Assembly (NCBI GenBank): GCA_040768745.1
Contig: JAXGMI010000002.1
Location: forward strand, 576,001-640,000
Direction: 5' to 3'
Source of the DNA: Desulfomicrobium sp.
GTDB lineage: Bacteria > Desulfobacterota > Desulfovibrionia > Desulfovibrionales > Desulfomicrobiaceae
DNA length: 64,000 bases
In this document: positions 9,244 to 18,712 of the stretch, piece by piece
Numbering within the stretch: the first letter of the stretch is position 1
How the letters are laid out: every line of letters starts with the position of its first letter
Notes under the pieces: generated by a model
Database searches by the model: none
Told to the model about the DNA's origin: nothing
What the model saw: the letters and a program-made list of their open reading frames with translations, nothing else
Program-made: the position numbers and the translations under genes

Positions 9244-12200
9244 ATGAACAAAGCCGCTCTCAAATCATACGCTCCTGCCGCCCGTCTTGAATTCATCCAG
9301 GCCGTGACCGATCGTGCCAAGGCTCTGGGCCTGTCTGCCAAAGCCATAGAACCCGCTGAAGTCAAAGGCGACGTAGCCATTATTGCAGGGCAGGCTTTTC
9401 CAAAGGCCGTGGCCGAACGACGCGCCGAGCTGGAACGCCAGATCAGGATCAAAGGCTTTGAACAGCTCATGGAGGAAGTGGCCTACACGTGGTTCAACCG
9501 CTTTTGCGCCCTGCGCTTCATGGAAGTCCACGACTATCTGGACCATGGCTACCGAGTGCTCAGCAACCCCAGTGATTCGGATATCCCGGAAATTCTGGAA
9601 AAGGCCACCAGCGTGGATTTGCCGGGGTTGGACAAAGGACTGGTGGCGGACTTGCGGTTGGCCGGGAACAAGGATGCGGAGTTATACCGAGTGCTGCTCA
9701 TGGCTCAGTGCAACGCCCTGCATAAAGTCATGCCCATGCTGTTCGAGAAGGTCGGTGACGCAACGGAACTGTTACTGCCGGAGAACCTGCTGCAAACCAA
9801 TTCGCCCGTTCGCAAGCTGGTGGCGGCGATCCCGGAAGAGGACTGGCAGGAGATCGAAATCTTGGGCTGGCTCTATCAGTTCTACATTTCCGAGAAAAAG
9901 GATCAGGTCATCGGCAAGGTGGTCAAAAGCGAGGACATCCCCGCCGCCACCCAGCTTTTCACGCCCAACTGGATCGTCAAATACATGGTTCAGAACACCT
10001 TGGGTCGGACTTGGATGATGACCTACTCCAGCTCCAATCTCAAAAACGACATGGAGTTTTACATCACCCCGGCGGAACAGACGCCTGAGGTGCAAGCGCA
10101 GTTGGAAGCCATCACGCCCAAAGAACTAAACCCGGAAGAGTTGACCCTGCTCGATCCGGCCTGCGGGTCCGGTCATATTCTGGTGGAAGCCTATGACCTG
10201 TTCAAGGCCATCTATCTGGAACGTGGCTACCGGCCTCGGGATATTCCGCGCCTGATACTGGAAAAGAACCTCTTTGGATTGGATATTGATGACCGTGCCG
10301 TACAACTGGCCCGGTTTGCCCTGCTTATGAAGGCCAGAAGTGATGACCGGCGTATACTGGATGCGGACAATCCGGTGCGGCTCAATGTGCTTGCCTTTCA
10401 GAATAGCAAAGGCCTGGATATCGAACAGATCACCACGACCTTGCTCAAGGAACGGACCAAGTCTTTGACTGGCGGACAGCACCAGCTTTCTTTCGTGCCG
10501 CAACCAACCCGGCAACTACCTCTGACCACCACCGAGAAGCCGGAGGTTGCGCCGGAGGAACTGTACGCCCTCCTGTATGTCTTTGAGCACGCCAAAACCT
10601 TTGGCTCACTGCTGCGTATCAACGACAAGCTGAAAGCAGCTTTGCCGCGCCTGGAAAAACTGCTGGAGAGGGCGGGGCGATCTGATGGCATGTCCTCCAT
10701 GTATGCGGGAATGCTCATGCCGTTGCTGCGGCAGGCTCAGTTGCTAGCGAGGATGTATGATTGTGTAGTGGCGAATCCTCCGTACATGGGCAGCAAGGGG
10801 CAGAACCCAGCCCTCAAAACATACGCCAAAGATTATTTTCCAGGCAGTAAGGCGGATTTGTTTGCCATGTTTATGGAACGCGGGCTGGAGTTGCTTACAC
10901 AGCAGGGGTTAGCGGGGCTAATCACAATGCAAAGCTGGATGTTCTTGTCATCTTATGAAGATTTACGAGTAACAATATTAAGCAATAGGACGATTTTGTC
11001 CATGCTACATCTTGGCGCAAGAGGTTTTGACAGCATTGGCGGCGAAGTTGTTCAAACCACATCTTTTATTGTAAGTGCAGCAAATATAAATCCTTATAAA
11101 GGATTGTATTATAGATTAACAGACGGAAAGTCTGAAGCGGAAAAAGTTGTGGAGCTTCACAAAAACAAGACGATACGATACACCGCTTCGGCTGCTGATT
11201 TTTCGAAAATACCAGGAAGCCCGATTGCGTACTGGTTGCCTAGAGCTGCATTTATGGCATTAGAGAAAACCACTCTTCTCGGAGAAATCAGTTCACCCAG
11301 AAAAGGGATGTGCACTAGAGATAATGACTATTTTGTTCGTTTCTGGCATGAAGTTGATTACAATAATATTGGCTTCAATTGCAATTCTAGAAATGAAGCA
11401 CAAGAAACAAAAAAAAGATGGTTTACTTATCAAAAAGGCGGAGAATATAGACAATGGTACGGCAATCATCGACATGTAGTTGATTGGGAGAATGATGGAT
11501 ATAGGCTTCTAAATATGGAGAGGCTTGGCTGGAAAGGAAATTCAACAAACCATAATATGGACTATATATTTAAACCAGCAATCGTCTGGTCGAAAATCAC
11601 ATCTGCCATACCTAATTTTAGATACTCAACAAGTGGATTTCTTTTTGATGACGCATCTGGAATGTGCGCGCTAAATGACGAAGCAAACACTAACGCTGTT
11701 CTTGGCTTCTTATGCAGTAGAGTTGGACAATACTATATGAATATATTAAATCCAACGCTAAACATACAACCAGGAAACATGTGTTCAATGCCGTATATGG
11801 AGCCTTCAGAACTTGCAGACATAGAAAGAATCATTGATATCTCAAGAACAGATTGGAATTTTTTCGAAATTTCGTGGGATTTCCAAAACAACGCTCTAAT
11901 TAACAATGAATCTCGGCGTGACCGTCTTTCCAGTTCATATGATTCATATTCTTACACCTGCAAAGATTTAGTCGAAGAAATGGAGGAACTTGAAAAGCAG
12001 AATAATCAGCTTTTTATTGAATCCTATGGGCTTGGAAGCGAACTATCTAGCAATCCAAGCAGGTCTGAAATATCAATCAATTGCAATCACGCATACCGCT
12101 TTAGTGGAGAACATAACGATCTAGAAAACCTGTTTCGCTCTGAAACAATACAGGAGCTCATCTCCTACGCCATTGGCTGCATGATGGGCCGCTACAGTCT

Positions 12201-12891
12201 TGATGAATCGGGCCTGATCTACGCCCATGCCGGGAACGAAGGCTTTGATCCAAGCCGTTACGCCACCTTCCCGGCTGACGAAGATGGCATCATCCCGGTC
12301 ATGGATGGCGAATGGTTTGACGATGACGCCACGGTTCGTTTTGTGGATTTTGTGCGTACGGTCTGGCCTGCCGAGACCCTGGACGAAAATCTCAAATTCG
12401 TGGCCGACAGCCTGGACCCGAAAAAGAGCGAAACCCCGGTGGAGACCATCCGCCGTTTCATCAGCACAAAATTTTTTAAAGACCACCACCTCAAGGTCTA
12501 CAAAAAACGCCCCATCTACTGGCTCTTTTCCAGCGGCAAACACAAGGCCTTCGAGTGCCTCGTCTACCTGCACCGCTACAACGAAAACACCCTGCCGCGT
12601 ATGCGAGCCATGTACGTTACTCCGCTGCAAGGCAAGTTCAACGCCCGCATCGAATACCTGAAAAAGGAAATCGACGCCGCCCCATCCACTGCCGCCCGCA
12701 AACAATTGCAAAAGGAACTGGATACCATGACCAAAAAGCAGCAGGAACTGCGCACGTTTGATGAACTCCTGCGCCACTACGCCGATCAGCGTATCACCCT
12801 GGACCTGGATGACGGAGTGAAGGTTAACTACGGAAAGTTTGGTGGGCTGTTGGCGGAAGTGAAGGCGATAACGGGTGGGAGTGAGGACTAA
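9244..12891 (+). CDS. pglX: BREX adenine methyltransferase PglX (BrxX)
   Basis: IPAATQLFTPNWIV, DPACGSGHIL (motif I), NPPY (motif IV), C-terminal YKKRPIYWLFSSG..LDLDDGVKVNYGKF. Confidence 0.95.
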   Translation: MNKAALKSYAPAARLEFIQAVTDRAKALGLSAKAIEPAEVKGDVAIIAGQAFPKAVAERRAELERQIRIKGFEQLMEEVAYTWFNRFCALRFMEVHDYLDHGYRVLSNPSDSDIPEILEKATSVDLPGLDKGLVADLRLAGNKDAELYRVLLMAQCNALHKVMPMLFEKVGDATELLLPENLLQTNSPVRKLVAAIPEEDWQEIEILGWLYQFYISEKKDQVIGKVVKSEDIPAATQLFTPNWIVKYMVQNTLGRTWMMTYSSSNLKNDMEFYITPAEQTPEVQAQLEAITPKELNPEELTLLDPACGSGHILVEAYDLFKAIYLERGYRPRDIPRLILEKNLFGLDIDDRAVQLARFALLMKARSDDRRILDADNPVRLNVLAFQNSKGLDIEQITTTLLKERTKSLTGGQHQLSFVPQPTRQLPLTTTEKPEVAPEELYALLYVFEHAKTFGSLLRINDKLKAALPRLEKLLERAGRSDGMSSMYAGMLMPLLRQAQLLARMYDCVVANPPYMGSKGQNPALKTYAKDYFPGSKADLFAMFMERGLELLTQQGLAGLITMQSWMFLSSYEDLRVTILSNRTILSMLHLGARGFDSIGGEVVQTTSFIVSAANINPYKGLYYRLTDGKSEAEKVVELHKNKTIRYTASAADFSKIPGSPIAYWLPRAAFMALEKTTLLGEISSPRKGMCTRDNDYFVRFWHEVDYNNIGFNCNSRNEAQETKKRWFTYQKGGEYRQWYGNHRHVVDWENDGYRLLNMERLGWKGNSTNHNMDYIFKPAIVWSKITSAIPNFRYSTSGFLFDDASGMCALNDEANTNAVLGFLCSRVGQYYMNILNPTLNIQPGNMCSMPYMEPSELADIERIIDISRTDWNFFEISWDFQNNALINNESRRDRLSSSYDSYSYTCKDLVEEMEELEKQNNQLFIESYGLGSELSSNPSRSEISINCNHAYRFSGEHNDLENLFRSETIQELISYAIGCMMGRYSLDESGLIYAHAGNEGFDPSRYATFPADEDGIIPVMDGEWFDDDATVRFVDFVRTVWPAETLDENLKFVADSLDPKKSETPVETIRRFISTKFFKDHHLKVYKKRPIYWLFSSGKHKAFECLVYLHRYNENTLPRMRAMYVTPLQGKFNARIEYLKKEIDAAPSTAARKQLQKELDTMTKKQQELRTFDELLRHYADQRITLDLDDGVKVNYGKFGGLLAEVKAITGGSED

Positions 12892-12899
12892 GAAGTAAT

Positions 12900-13370
12900 A
12901 TGACAGAATATAAGGATTTCTATAAAATTTTTGCAGAAAGGACCAAAGCGAATCTTGAATTCATCGAGCAATCCAAGTCCAGTGGTGAAAGCGTTTTTGA
13001 AACAACGCAACTGATCAATTCTTTGCTTGGTATGATTGTTTTTCTTCGTGAAAGCGATCGAATAAATGGATCAATATTAGACAAAAAATGGAAAATTATT
13101 CAATATAAAGAAATCCAAGATCACCACAATTACTGCAAAAAATTCTCAAATTTTATAAGAAAATTCCGTAACGCATTAGCACATGGACATATTGATCCGC
13201 AAATAGATGAAAATCAGGAAGTATCTAAATTCATTTTATGGGATGAGTGTAGATGCGGAAACCTTGACTGGAAAATCGAAATAGACTTGGAGAATATCAA
13301 AAAACTGGCCTATTTCATTCAAGAAAACATGCATCAATTTCCAAGACCTCGACCAGAGAGACGAAGATAA
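12900..13370 (+). CDS. HEPN-domain putative RNase (resembles pEK499_p136-type HEPN)
   Basis: FAERTKANL...ETTQLINSLLGMIVF and RNALAH (Rx4H) motif; strongly AT-rich; tightly coupled to pglX and pglZ. Confidence 0.75.
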   Translation: MTEYKDFYKIFAERTKANLEFIEQSKSSGESVFETTQLINSLLGMIVFLRESDRINGSILDKKWKIIQYKEIQDHHNYCKKFSNFIRKFRNALAHGHIDPQIDENQEVSKFILWDECRCGNLDWKIEIDLENIKKLAYFIQENMHQFPRPRPERRR

Positions 13371-13376
13371 GCGTTT

Positions 13377-15989
13377 ATGGACACCCAACAGCTTACAACC
13401 AGCCTACACAAAATCTTCCATACCGAAGGCCACCGCATCGTCTTCTGGTACGACCCGAACGCGGAGTTTGCAGAAGAAATCCCATCACTCGCGCTAGACG
13501 GCGTAACCATCATCCAGATTCAGCAGGAAAGCGCTCTAGCCCTAAAGGTGCGCCTGGAGACCGAGGATCTGATCGGGAAATATCTTCTTTATGCACCTTC
13601 CCCGGAACCAGAACCAGAAGCTGACTGGTTGCTCGATATCCGCCTTTACAGCCGCACTTTCCACGCTGACCGTGCCTCCATTGTCATGAACGAGCTTGGC
13701 TTGACCAAGCAAACCATGCGCCAGCACGTCGCCTTGCGGAGCAAATTTTTCAACAGTCAGGACCGAATCAGCCGCCTCAAAAAGCTGATCGACGTAAACG
13801 ACCAGGAAAAAGACCTGGATCTTAAAATGTTGGCTGTCATCAGCCGGGCAGATCAACCGAGCGTTTTTGACATCCTGATGAAGTTGTTTGCCGGGATGTG
13901 TGCTGAGAGCGAAACAGAATATCAGCCCGTTCCTTCGGCATGGGAAGAAATTGAAAAATATGACCTAGCCCCTTTCTTCTGGGAGACGATGGGGCTGACC
14001 TTTGGATACACTGCATCCAACCCGACTCTTCTTGATCTGTTGATCCGCCTACTGGTTTCGGACTTTGCAAATACTCTCAAAACTGAGCCCCCCACCTCCC
14101 TTGAACACTTCCTGCTGCCGAACAAGTCGGTAGCGACCAATGCCTCAGTCTTCGTCTCGCAGTGGCGTAGCCATATGGGGCATTACCGGCAGTACGGGCA
14201 ACTTTCAGGCATCATTGCCGCTCAACTGGGCCTGGACAAGCTGTTGAGCGCTACCAGTTCCTTTGCCCTGACTCGGAGCATGACCTTCGAGGTTGTGGAG
14301 CGCCAGATCATCCGCTCCCTTCGTGACATGATCGTCAGCGAGGGAGCGGGCAACGCCGAGGAGTTGAAATCGCTCATCCTCAAGCGCAAGGATGGGCACT
14401 GGGCAAATATCAAGCTGCCAGGGTTTGAGGAGAACGTTTATGCCATTGCCTATCTGGCCATAGAAGCCGCGCTGGATCTTCTGGCCTTGCGCACCAAGTA
14501 CGACGAAGGCCTGAGCTACCCTTCGATACAGCGATTACACCGCGCTTACACGACGGAACTGTTCCGCTTTGACCAGCTCTATCGGCAGTTTCACGAGTAC
14601 GCAGACAAGGTTGAGCTGGCAGGTTGGGATGTGCTCAAGGAAATTCAAGGCGTCGTAGAGGCATGCTATAGCGGATGGTATCTGACACGGCTTGCCATCT
14701 GCTGGGACTCCTTCATGCTTGGCGCCGATGGCCTGCTAGCGAACTGGTCCGTGGAGAACGTGTTCAAGCAGCAGCATTTTCATTCGAACTTCGTAAAACC
14801 GATTCTTCGCACAAACCCCAAAAGCCGTGTTTTCGTCATTATCAGCGACGCCCTGCGCTACGAAGTTGCCGAGGAACTGACCCGCAGCATCAATTCCACA
14901 ACCCGCTTCAAGGCCAATCTGGACAGCCAGCTTGGCGTACTCCCCAGCTACACCGCCTTGGGCATGGCCGCCCTTCTTCCCCATGATCACTATGGATTCA
15001 AGGACGGGTCGGATCAGCTCGTGGTGGACGGGATGCCATGCGAGTCGTTTGGCCAGCGCAACGCCGTGCTGGCCAAACATGAAGGCATGGCATTGCGGGC
15101 CGGAGAGATCATGGCCATGAGCAAGGACCAGGGCCGCGAAGCCATCCGGCAGTCCCGCCTAGTGTACATTTATCACGATCAGATTGATTCCTGCGGGGAT
15201 CACGCCTCATCCGAAGGCACGACATTTCATGCCGCGCGGAAGGCCATCGAGGAACTGACGGCGCTGGTCAAATTCATCGTCAACAGCCTCAATGGCTCGC
15301 ATATCTTCGTCACCGCCGATCACGGCTTCCTCTATCAGGACCAGCCCCCCACGGTCCTGGAAAAAAGCGAACTTGATGTGAAACCCAAAGGCGCTCTCAA
15401 ATCCAAAAAACGCTACATTGTGGGCCAGGATATGGGCCAGACGGACAAAGCCTGGATTGGGACAACAGCCAATACTGCTGAAACGAACCCCGCTTTGGAC
15501 TTCTGGATACCCAAGGGCATCAACCGATTTCATTTTAGCGGCGGGGCCAGATTCGTGCACGGTGGAGCCATGCCGCAGGAAGTCATTGTGCCTGTCGTGC
15601 AGGTGCGGGAACTTGAAGGAAAGGCCGCCATCAAGGAAGCCGTGAAGCGGGTCGATGTCTCGATTCTCGGGTCAAACCGTAAGATCGTGAACACGCTTCA
15701 GAAGTTTGAATTCATCCAGGTCGAAAAAGTCACCGAACGTGCCCTGCCCCGTGTGCTGGTGTTCTCTCTGCGGGATGGGGACATGCTGATCAGCAACGAA
15801 GTGCTGGTCACTTTCGACTCTACGTCTGATTCCATGGAAGAACGCAAACGGCCCGTGAAACTCATGGTCAAAAAAGGTGCATACGACAAGGCCAGGGAAT
15901 ACGCCCTGGTTCTGCGTGACCCCGAAACCCAGATCGAGTACGACCGCATTCCAGTTACCATAGACTTGGCCTTCATCAACGATTTCTAA
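13377..15989 (+). CDS. pglZ: BREX phosphatase/phosphodiesterase PglZ (BrxZ)
   Basis: RIVFWYD, IISDALRYEVA, LPSYTALGMAALLP, TADHGF, FVHGGAMPQE. Confidence 0.95.
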   Translation: MDTQQLTTSLHKIFHTEGHRIVFWYDPNAEFAEEIPSLALDGVTIIQIQQESALALKVRLETEDLIGKYLLYAPSPEPEPEADWLLDIRLYSRTFHADRASIVMNELGLTKQTMRQHVALRSKFFNSQDRISRLKKLIDVNDQEKDLDLKMLAVISRADQPSVFDILMKLFAGMCAESETEYQPVPSAWEEIEKYDLAPFFWETMGLTFGYTASNPTLLDLLIRLLVSDFANTLKTEPPTSLEHFLLPNKSVATNASVFVSQWRSHMGHYRQYGQLSGIIAAQLGLDKLLSATSSFALTRSMTFEVVERQIIRSLRDMIVSEGAGNAEELKSLILKRKDGHWANIKLPGFEENVYAIAYLAIEAALDLLALRTKYDEGLSYPSIQRLHRAYTTELFRFDQLYRQFHEYADKVELAGWDVLKEIQGVVEACYSGWYLTRLAICWDSFMLGADGLLANWSVENVFKQQHFHSNFVKPILRTNPKSRVFVIISDALRYEVAEELTRSINSTTRFKANLDSQLGVLPSYTALGMAALLPHDHYGFKDGSDQLVVDGMPCESFGQRNAVLAKHEGMALRAGEIMAMSKDQGREAIRQSRLVYIYHDQIDSCGDHASSEGTTFHAARKAIEELTALVKFIVNSLNGSHIFVTADHGFLYQDQPPTVLEKSELDVKPKGALKSKKRYIVGQDMGQTDKAWIGTTANTAETNPALDFWIPKGINRFHFSGGARFVHGGAMPQEVIVPVVQVRELEGKAAIKEAVKRVDVSILGSNRKIVNTLQKFEFIQVEKVTERALPRVLVFSLRDGDMLISNEVLVTFDSTSDSMEERKRPVKLMVKKGAYDKAREYALVLRDPETQIEYDRIPVTIDLAFINDF

Positions 15990-16002
15990 GGATGTTGCTC
16001 GG

Positions 16003-18039
16003 ATGACTCAAGACAATACAGGTATCGACAGCCTTCTGAATACTGCCTTCCAAGGAAAAGTGGTCCGCAAGGATCTGACCAAGCTCTTGAAGGAAGGGGC
16101 CAATGTGCCTGTCTACGTTCTCGAATACCTGCTCGGAATGTACTGCGCCTCGGACGACGAGGAGATCATCCAGGAAGGTATCCAAAGTGTCAAAGACATC
16201 CTCTCCCAGAACTACGTTCGGCCCGATGAGGCGGAGAAGGTCAAGTCGATCATCAGGGAGCGTGGAAGCTTCAAAGTCATCGACAAGGTCACGGTCAAAC
16301 TCAACGAGCGCCGGGATTGCTACGAAGCCTTGCTCTCGAATCTTGGCGTTCAGGGTGTCGAGATTTCCAGCACCTTCGTGAAACAGTTCGAAAAGCTGCT
16401 CGTGGGCGGAATCTGGTGCATCATCTCCATCAATTATTATTTCGAGGAGGGACAAAAAGGGTCGCCGTTTTCCATCTCCGAACTCAAGCCGATCCAGATG
16501 CCTGGCATGGATATGGGAGAGTTCTACGAGGGGCGCAAGGCTTTCACAGAAGAGCAGTGGCTTGATGTCCTCATCCGTTCGACGGGCATGGAACCGACAG
16601 CCCTGGAGAACCGAACCAAATGGCACCTTTTGGTGCGGCTGATTCCGCTGGTCGAAAACAATTACAACGTCTGCGAACTCGGGCCGCGTGGCACCGGGAA
16701 AAGCCACGTGTACAAGGAGATCAGCCCGAACAGTATCCTTGTTTCCGGCGGGCAGACCACGGTTGCCAACCTGTTCTACAACATGAGTTCGCACAAGGTG
16801 GGCCTGGTCGGCGTTTGGGATGTGGTCGCTTTCGACGAGGTGGCCGGGATAAGCTTCAAGGACAAGGACGGCGTTCAGATCATGAAGGATTTCATGGCCT
16901 CTGGTTCATTTTCCAGGGGCCGCGATTCCATCAGTGCCAACGCGTCCATGGTCTTTGTGGGCAACATCAACCAGAGCGTGGATACGCTGGTCAAAACCAG
17001 CCACCTGTTCGCGCCCTTTCCAGAAGCCATGATCGACACGGCTTTTTTTGATCGCTTTCATTGCTATATCCCTGGCTGGGAAATCCCGAAGATGCGCCCG
17101 GAGTTTTTCACAAACCAGTACGGCTTCATCGTAGACTACATGGCTGAATTCTTCCGGGAGATGCGCAAGACGACCTATGCCGACGCCATCGACCGCTTTT
17201 TCTCACTCGGAAACAACCTCAATCAGCGCGACACCATCGGAGTCCGCAAGACGGTCTCAGGCCTGCTGAAGCTGCTCTACCCTCACGGAGACTTCGACAA
17301 GGAAGCCGTTGAACGCTGCCTGCGCTACGCGCTCGAAGGACGGCGCAGGGTCAAGGAGCAGCTCAAGAAATTGGGTGGGATGGAATTTTACGACGTTCAT
17401 TTCAGCTACATCGACAAAGAAAGCCGGGAAGAAAAGTTTGTTGGAGTACTGGAGCAGGGAGGAAGCTCTCTCATCCCTGAAGGTCCACTTAACCCCGGCA
17501 CCCTCCACACGGTAGGCGCGGGCTCCAATGGACACCTTGGGCTGTACCGTCTGGAATTGCAGGTCACCGCCGGAAACGGAAAGCTGTCAATATCAGGCGT
17601 AGGCACCAGCTCCATGGCCAAGGAACCGATCAAGGTCGCCTTCGACTACTTCAAAGCACACGCAGCCCGTGTCAGCGCTTCCGCCAAGCCGTCGGAGCGA
17701 GACTATCACCTGCACATTGTCGAACTGCACAATACCGGACCCACAGACTTGATGACACTCCCCTGCCTGGTGGCTTTCTGCTCAGGCCTCCTCGCGCGGC
17801 CCGTGCAAGGCAGCATGGTCATCCTCGGCAGCATGAGTTTAGGCGGCAGTATCGTCCCGGCAGCAAACCTGGCAGCGAGCCTTCAGGTTGCTTTTGATGC
17901 TGGAGCAAAGCGCATCCTGATACCCATGAGTAGTGTAACGGACATCCCGACGATTCCTGGGGAGTTGTTCGCGAAATTTCAGACGAGTTTTTATGCTGAC
18001 CCTGTAGATGCGGTATTTAAGGCGCTAGGGGTGGAATGA
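16003..18039 (+). CDS. brxL: BREX AAA+/Lon-like protein BrxL
   Basis: GKVVRKDLT, VPVYVLEYLLG.YC, ELGPRGTGKSH, VAFDEVAG, C-terminal Lon-like domain ending AVFKALGVE. Confidence 0.95.
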   Translation: MTQDNTGIDSLLNTAFQGKVVRKDLTKLLKEGANVPVYVLEYLLGMYCASDDEEIIQEGIQSVKDILSQNYVRPDEAEKVKSIIRERGSFKVIDKVTVKLNERRDCYEALLSNLGVQGVEISSTFVKQFEKLLVGGIWCIISINYYFEEGQKGSPFSISELKPIQMPGMDMGEFYEGRKAFTEEQWLDVLIRSTGMEPTALENRTKWHLLVRLIPLVENNYNVCELGPRGTGKSHVYKEISPNSILVSGGQTTVANLFYNMSSHKVGLVGVWDVVAFDEVAGISFKDKDGVQIMKDFMASGSFSRGRDSISANASMVFVGNINQSVDTLVKTSHLFAPFPEAMIDTAFFDRFHCYIPGWEIPKMRPEFFTNQYGFIVDYMAEFFREMRKTTYADAIDRFFSLGNNLNQRDTIGVRKTVSGLLKLLYPHGDFDKEAVERCLRYALEGRRRVKEQLKKLGGMEFYDVHFSYIDKESREEKFVGVLEQGGSSLIPEGPLNPGTLHTVGAGSNGHLGLYRLELQVTAGNGKLSISGVGTSSMAKEPIKVAFDYFKAHAARVSASAKPSERDYHLHIVELHNTGPTDLMTLPCLVAFCSGLLARPVQGSMVILGSMSLGGSIVPAANLAASLQVAFDAGAKRILIPMSSVTDIPTIPGELFAKFQTSFYADPVDAVFKALGVE

Positions 18040-18113
18040 GAAGAGGCATGAGACTTCAACAACAGAAAAGCCAATTCGCAGCGCCTTGAGGCGGCGCAGT
18101 GGGAGTGAACCTT

Positions 18114-18482
18114 ATGCGTATCGCAGTCATCATCCTGGTTGTCTTCCTGGCCCAGGCCGCCTTGGCCGGCTCCTGGGAGGAACAACCCTACAAGAAGAGT
18201 TTCGCCAAGGAGCACCATGGTCGGGTGGACGCCTCTGTGCGCGGCGGACGCAAGGTCGACGTTCTGACCCGCAAACACGCCGTGGAGTTTGAAAAGGCCC
18301 GCAACTGGGACAAGGCCATTGAAAAGAGCCTGGAAAACTCCAACAGGTCCGGTAAGAAGGCGGGCATCGCCATCATCAAGGAAGGAAATTCCCTGGATGA
18401 CTACCGTGTCCGGCAACTCAAGCGGGAGATCAGGCAGCGGGACCTGGACATCGAGGTCTGGGAGATGGAAGAAGAGGACTGA
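18114..18482 (+). CDS. Secreted protein with PD-(D/E)xK-like motif
   Basis: Signal peptide MRIAVIILVVFLAQAALA; RKVDVLT..HAVEFEK..W.KAI...GKKAGIAII. Confidence 0.6.
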   Translation: MRIAVIILVVFLAQAALAGSWEEQPYKKSFAKEHHGRVDASVRGGRKVDVLTRKHAVEFEKARNWDKAIEKSLENSNRSGKKAGIAIIKEGNSLDDYRVRQLKREIRQRDLDIEVWEMEEED

Positions 18483-18603
18483 AGCATCACGCTGCGTTCG
18501 GTTATCAAGTCGAGCGTGGGGTCCTACACAAAATCAAGAGCTACTATGCTGTATTGTTGGGGATAATCGGTTCATTGGGCCAGAAACTTTCGAAACTCCT
18601 GAT

Positions 18604-18640
18604 AAAGACTCCGACTAGTTGGCCAGAGTCCTTTTTTATT
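18604..18640. terminator. Hairpin/terminator between convergent genes; near-copy of the tRNA-Met downstream hairpin
   Basis: GACTCCGACTAGTTGGCCAGAGTCC + T6; 31/33 identical to 63486-63518. Confidence 0.65.
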
Positions 18641-18712
18641 CCAGACAAGCGCCTTTTTGCCCCACGGCACCACCCTTTTATGCAGATGTGGATAGTACAG
18701 ATGGAATCGTGA

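Noticed and set aside
9244..12891. Invertible or phase-variable pglX shuffling
   Set aside because: No second pglX fragment, recombinase or flanking inverted repeats seen in the window.
18048..18089. 13-codon ORF (MRLQQQKSQFAAP) right after brxL
   Set aside because: Could be the stub of a deleted gene, but it is too short to support.
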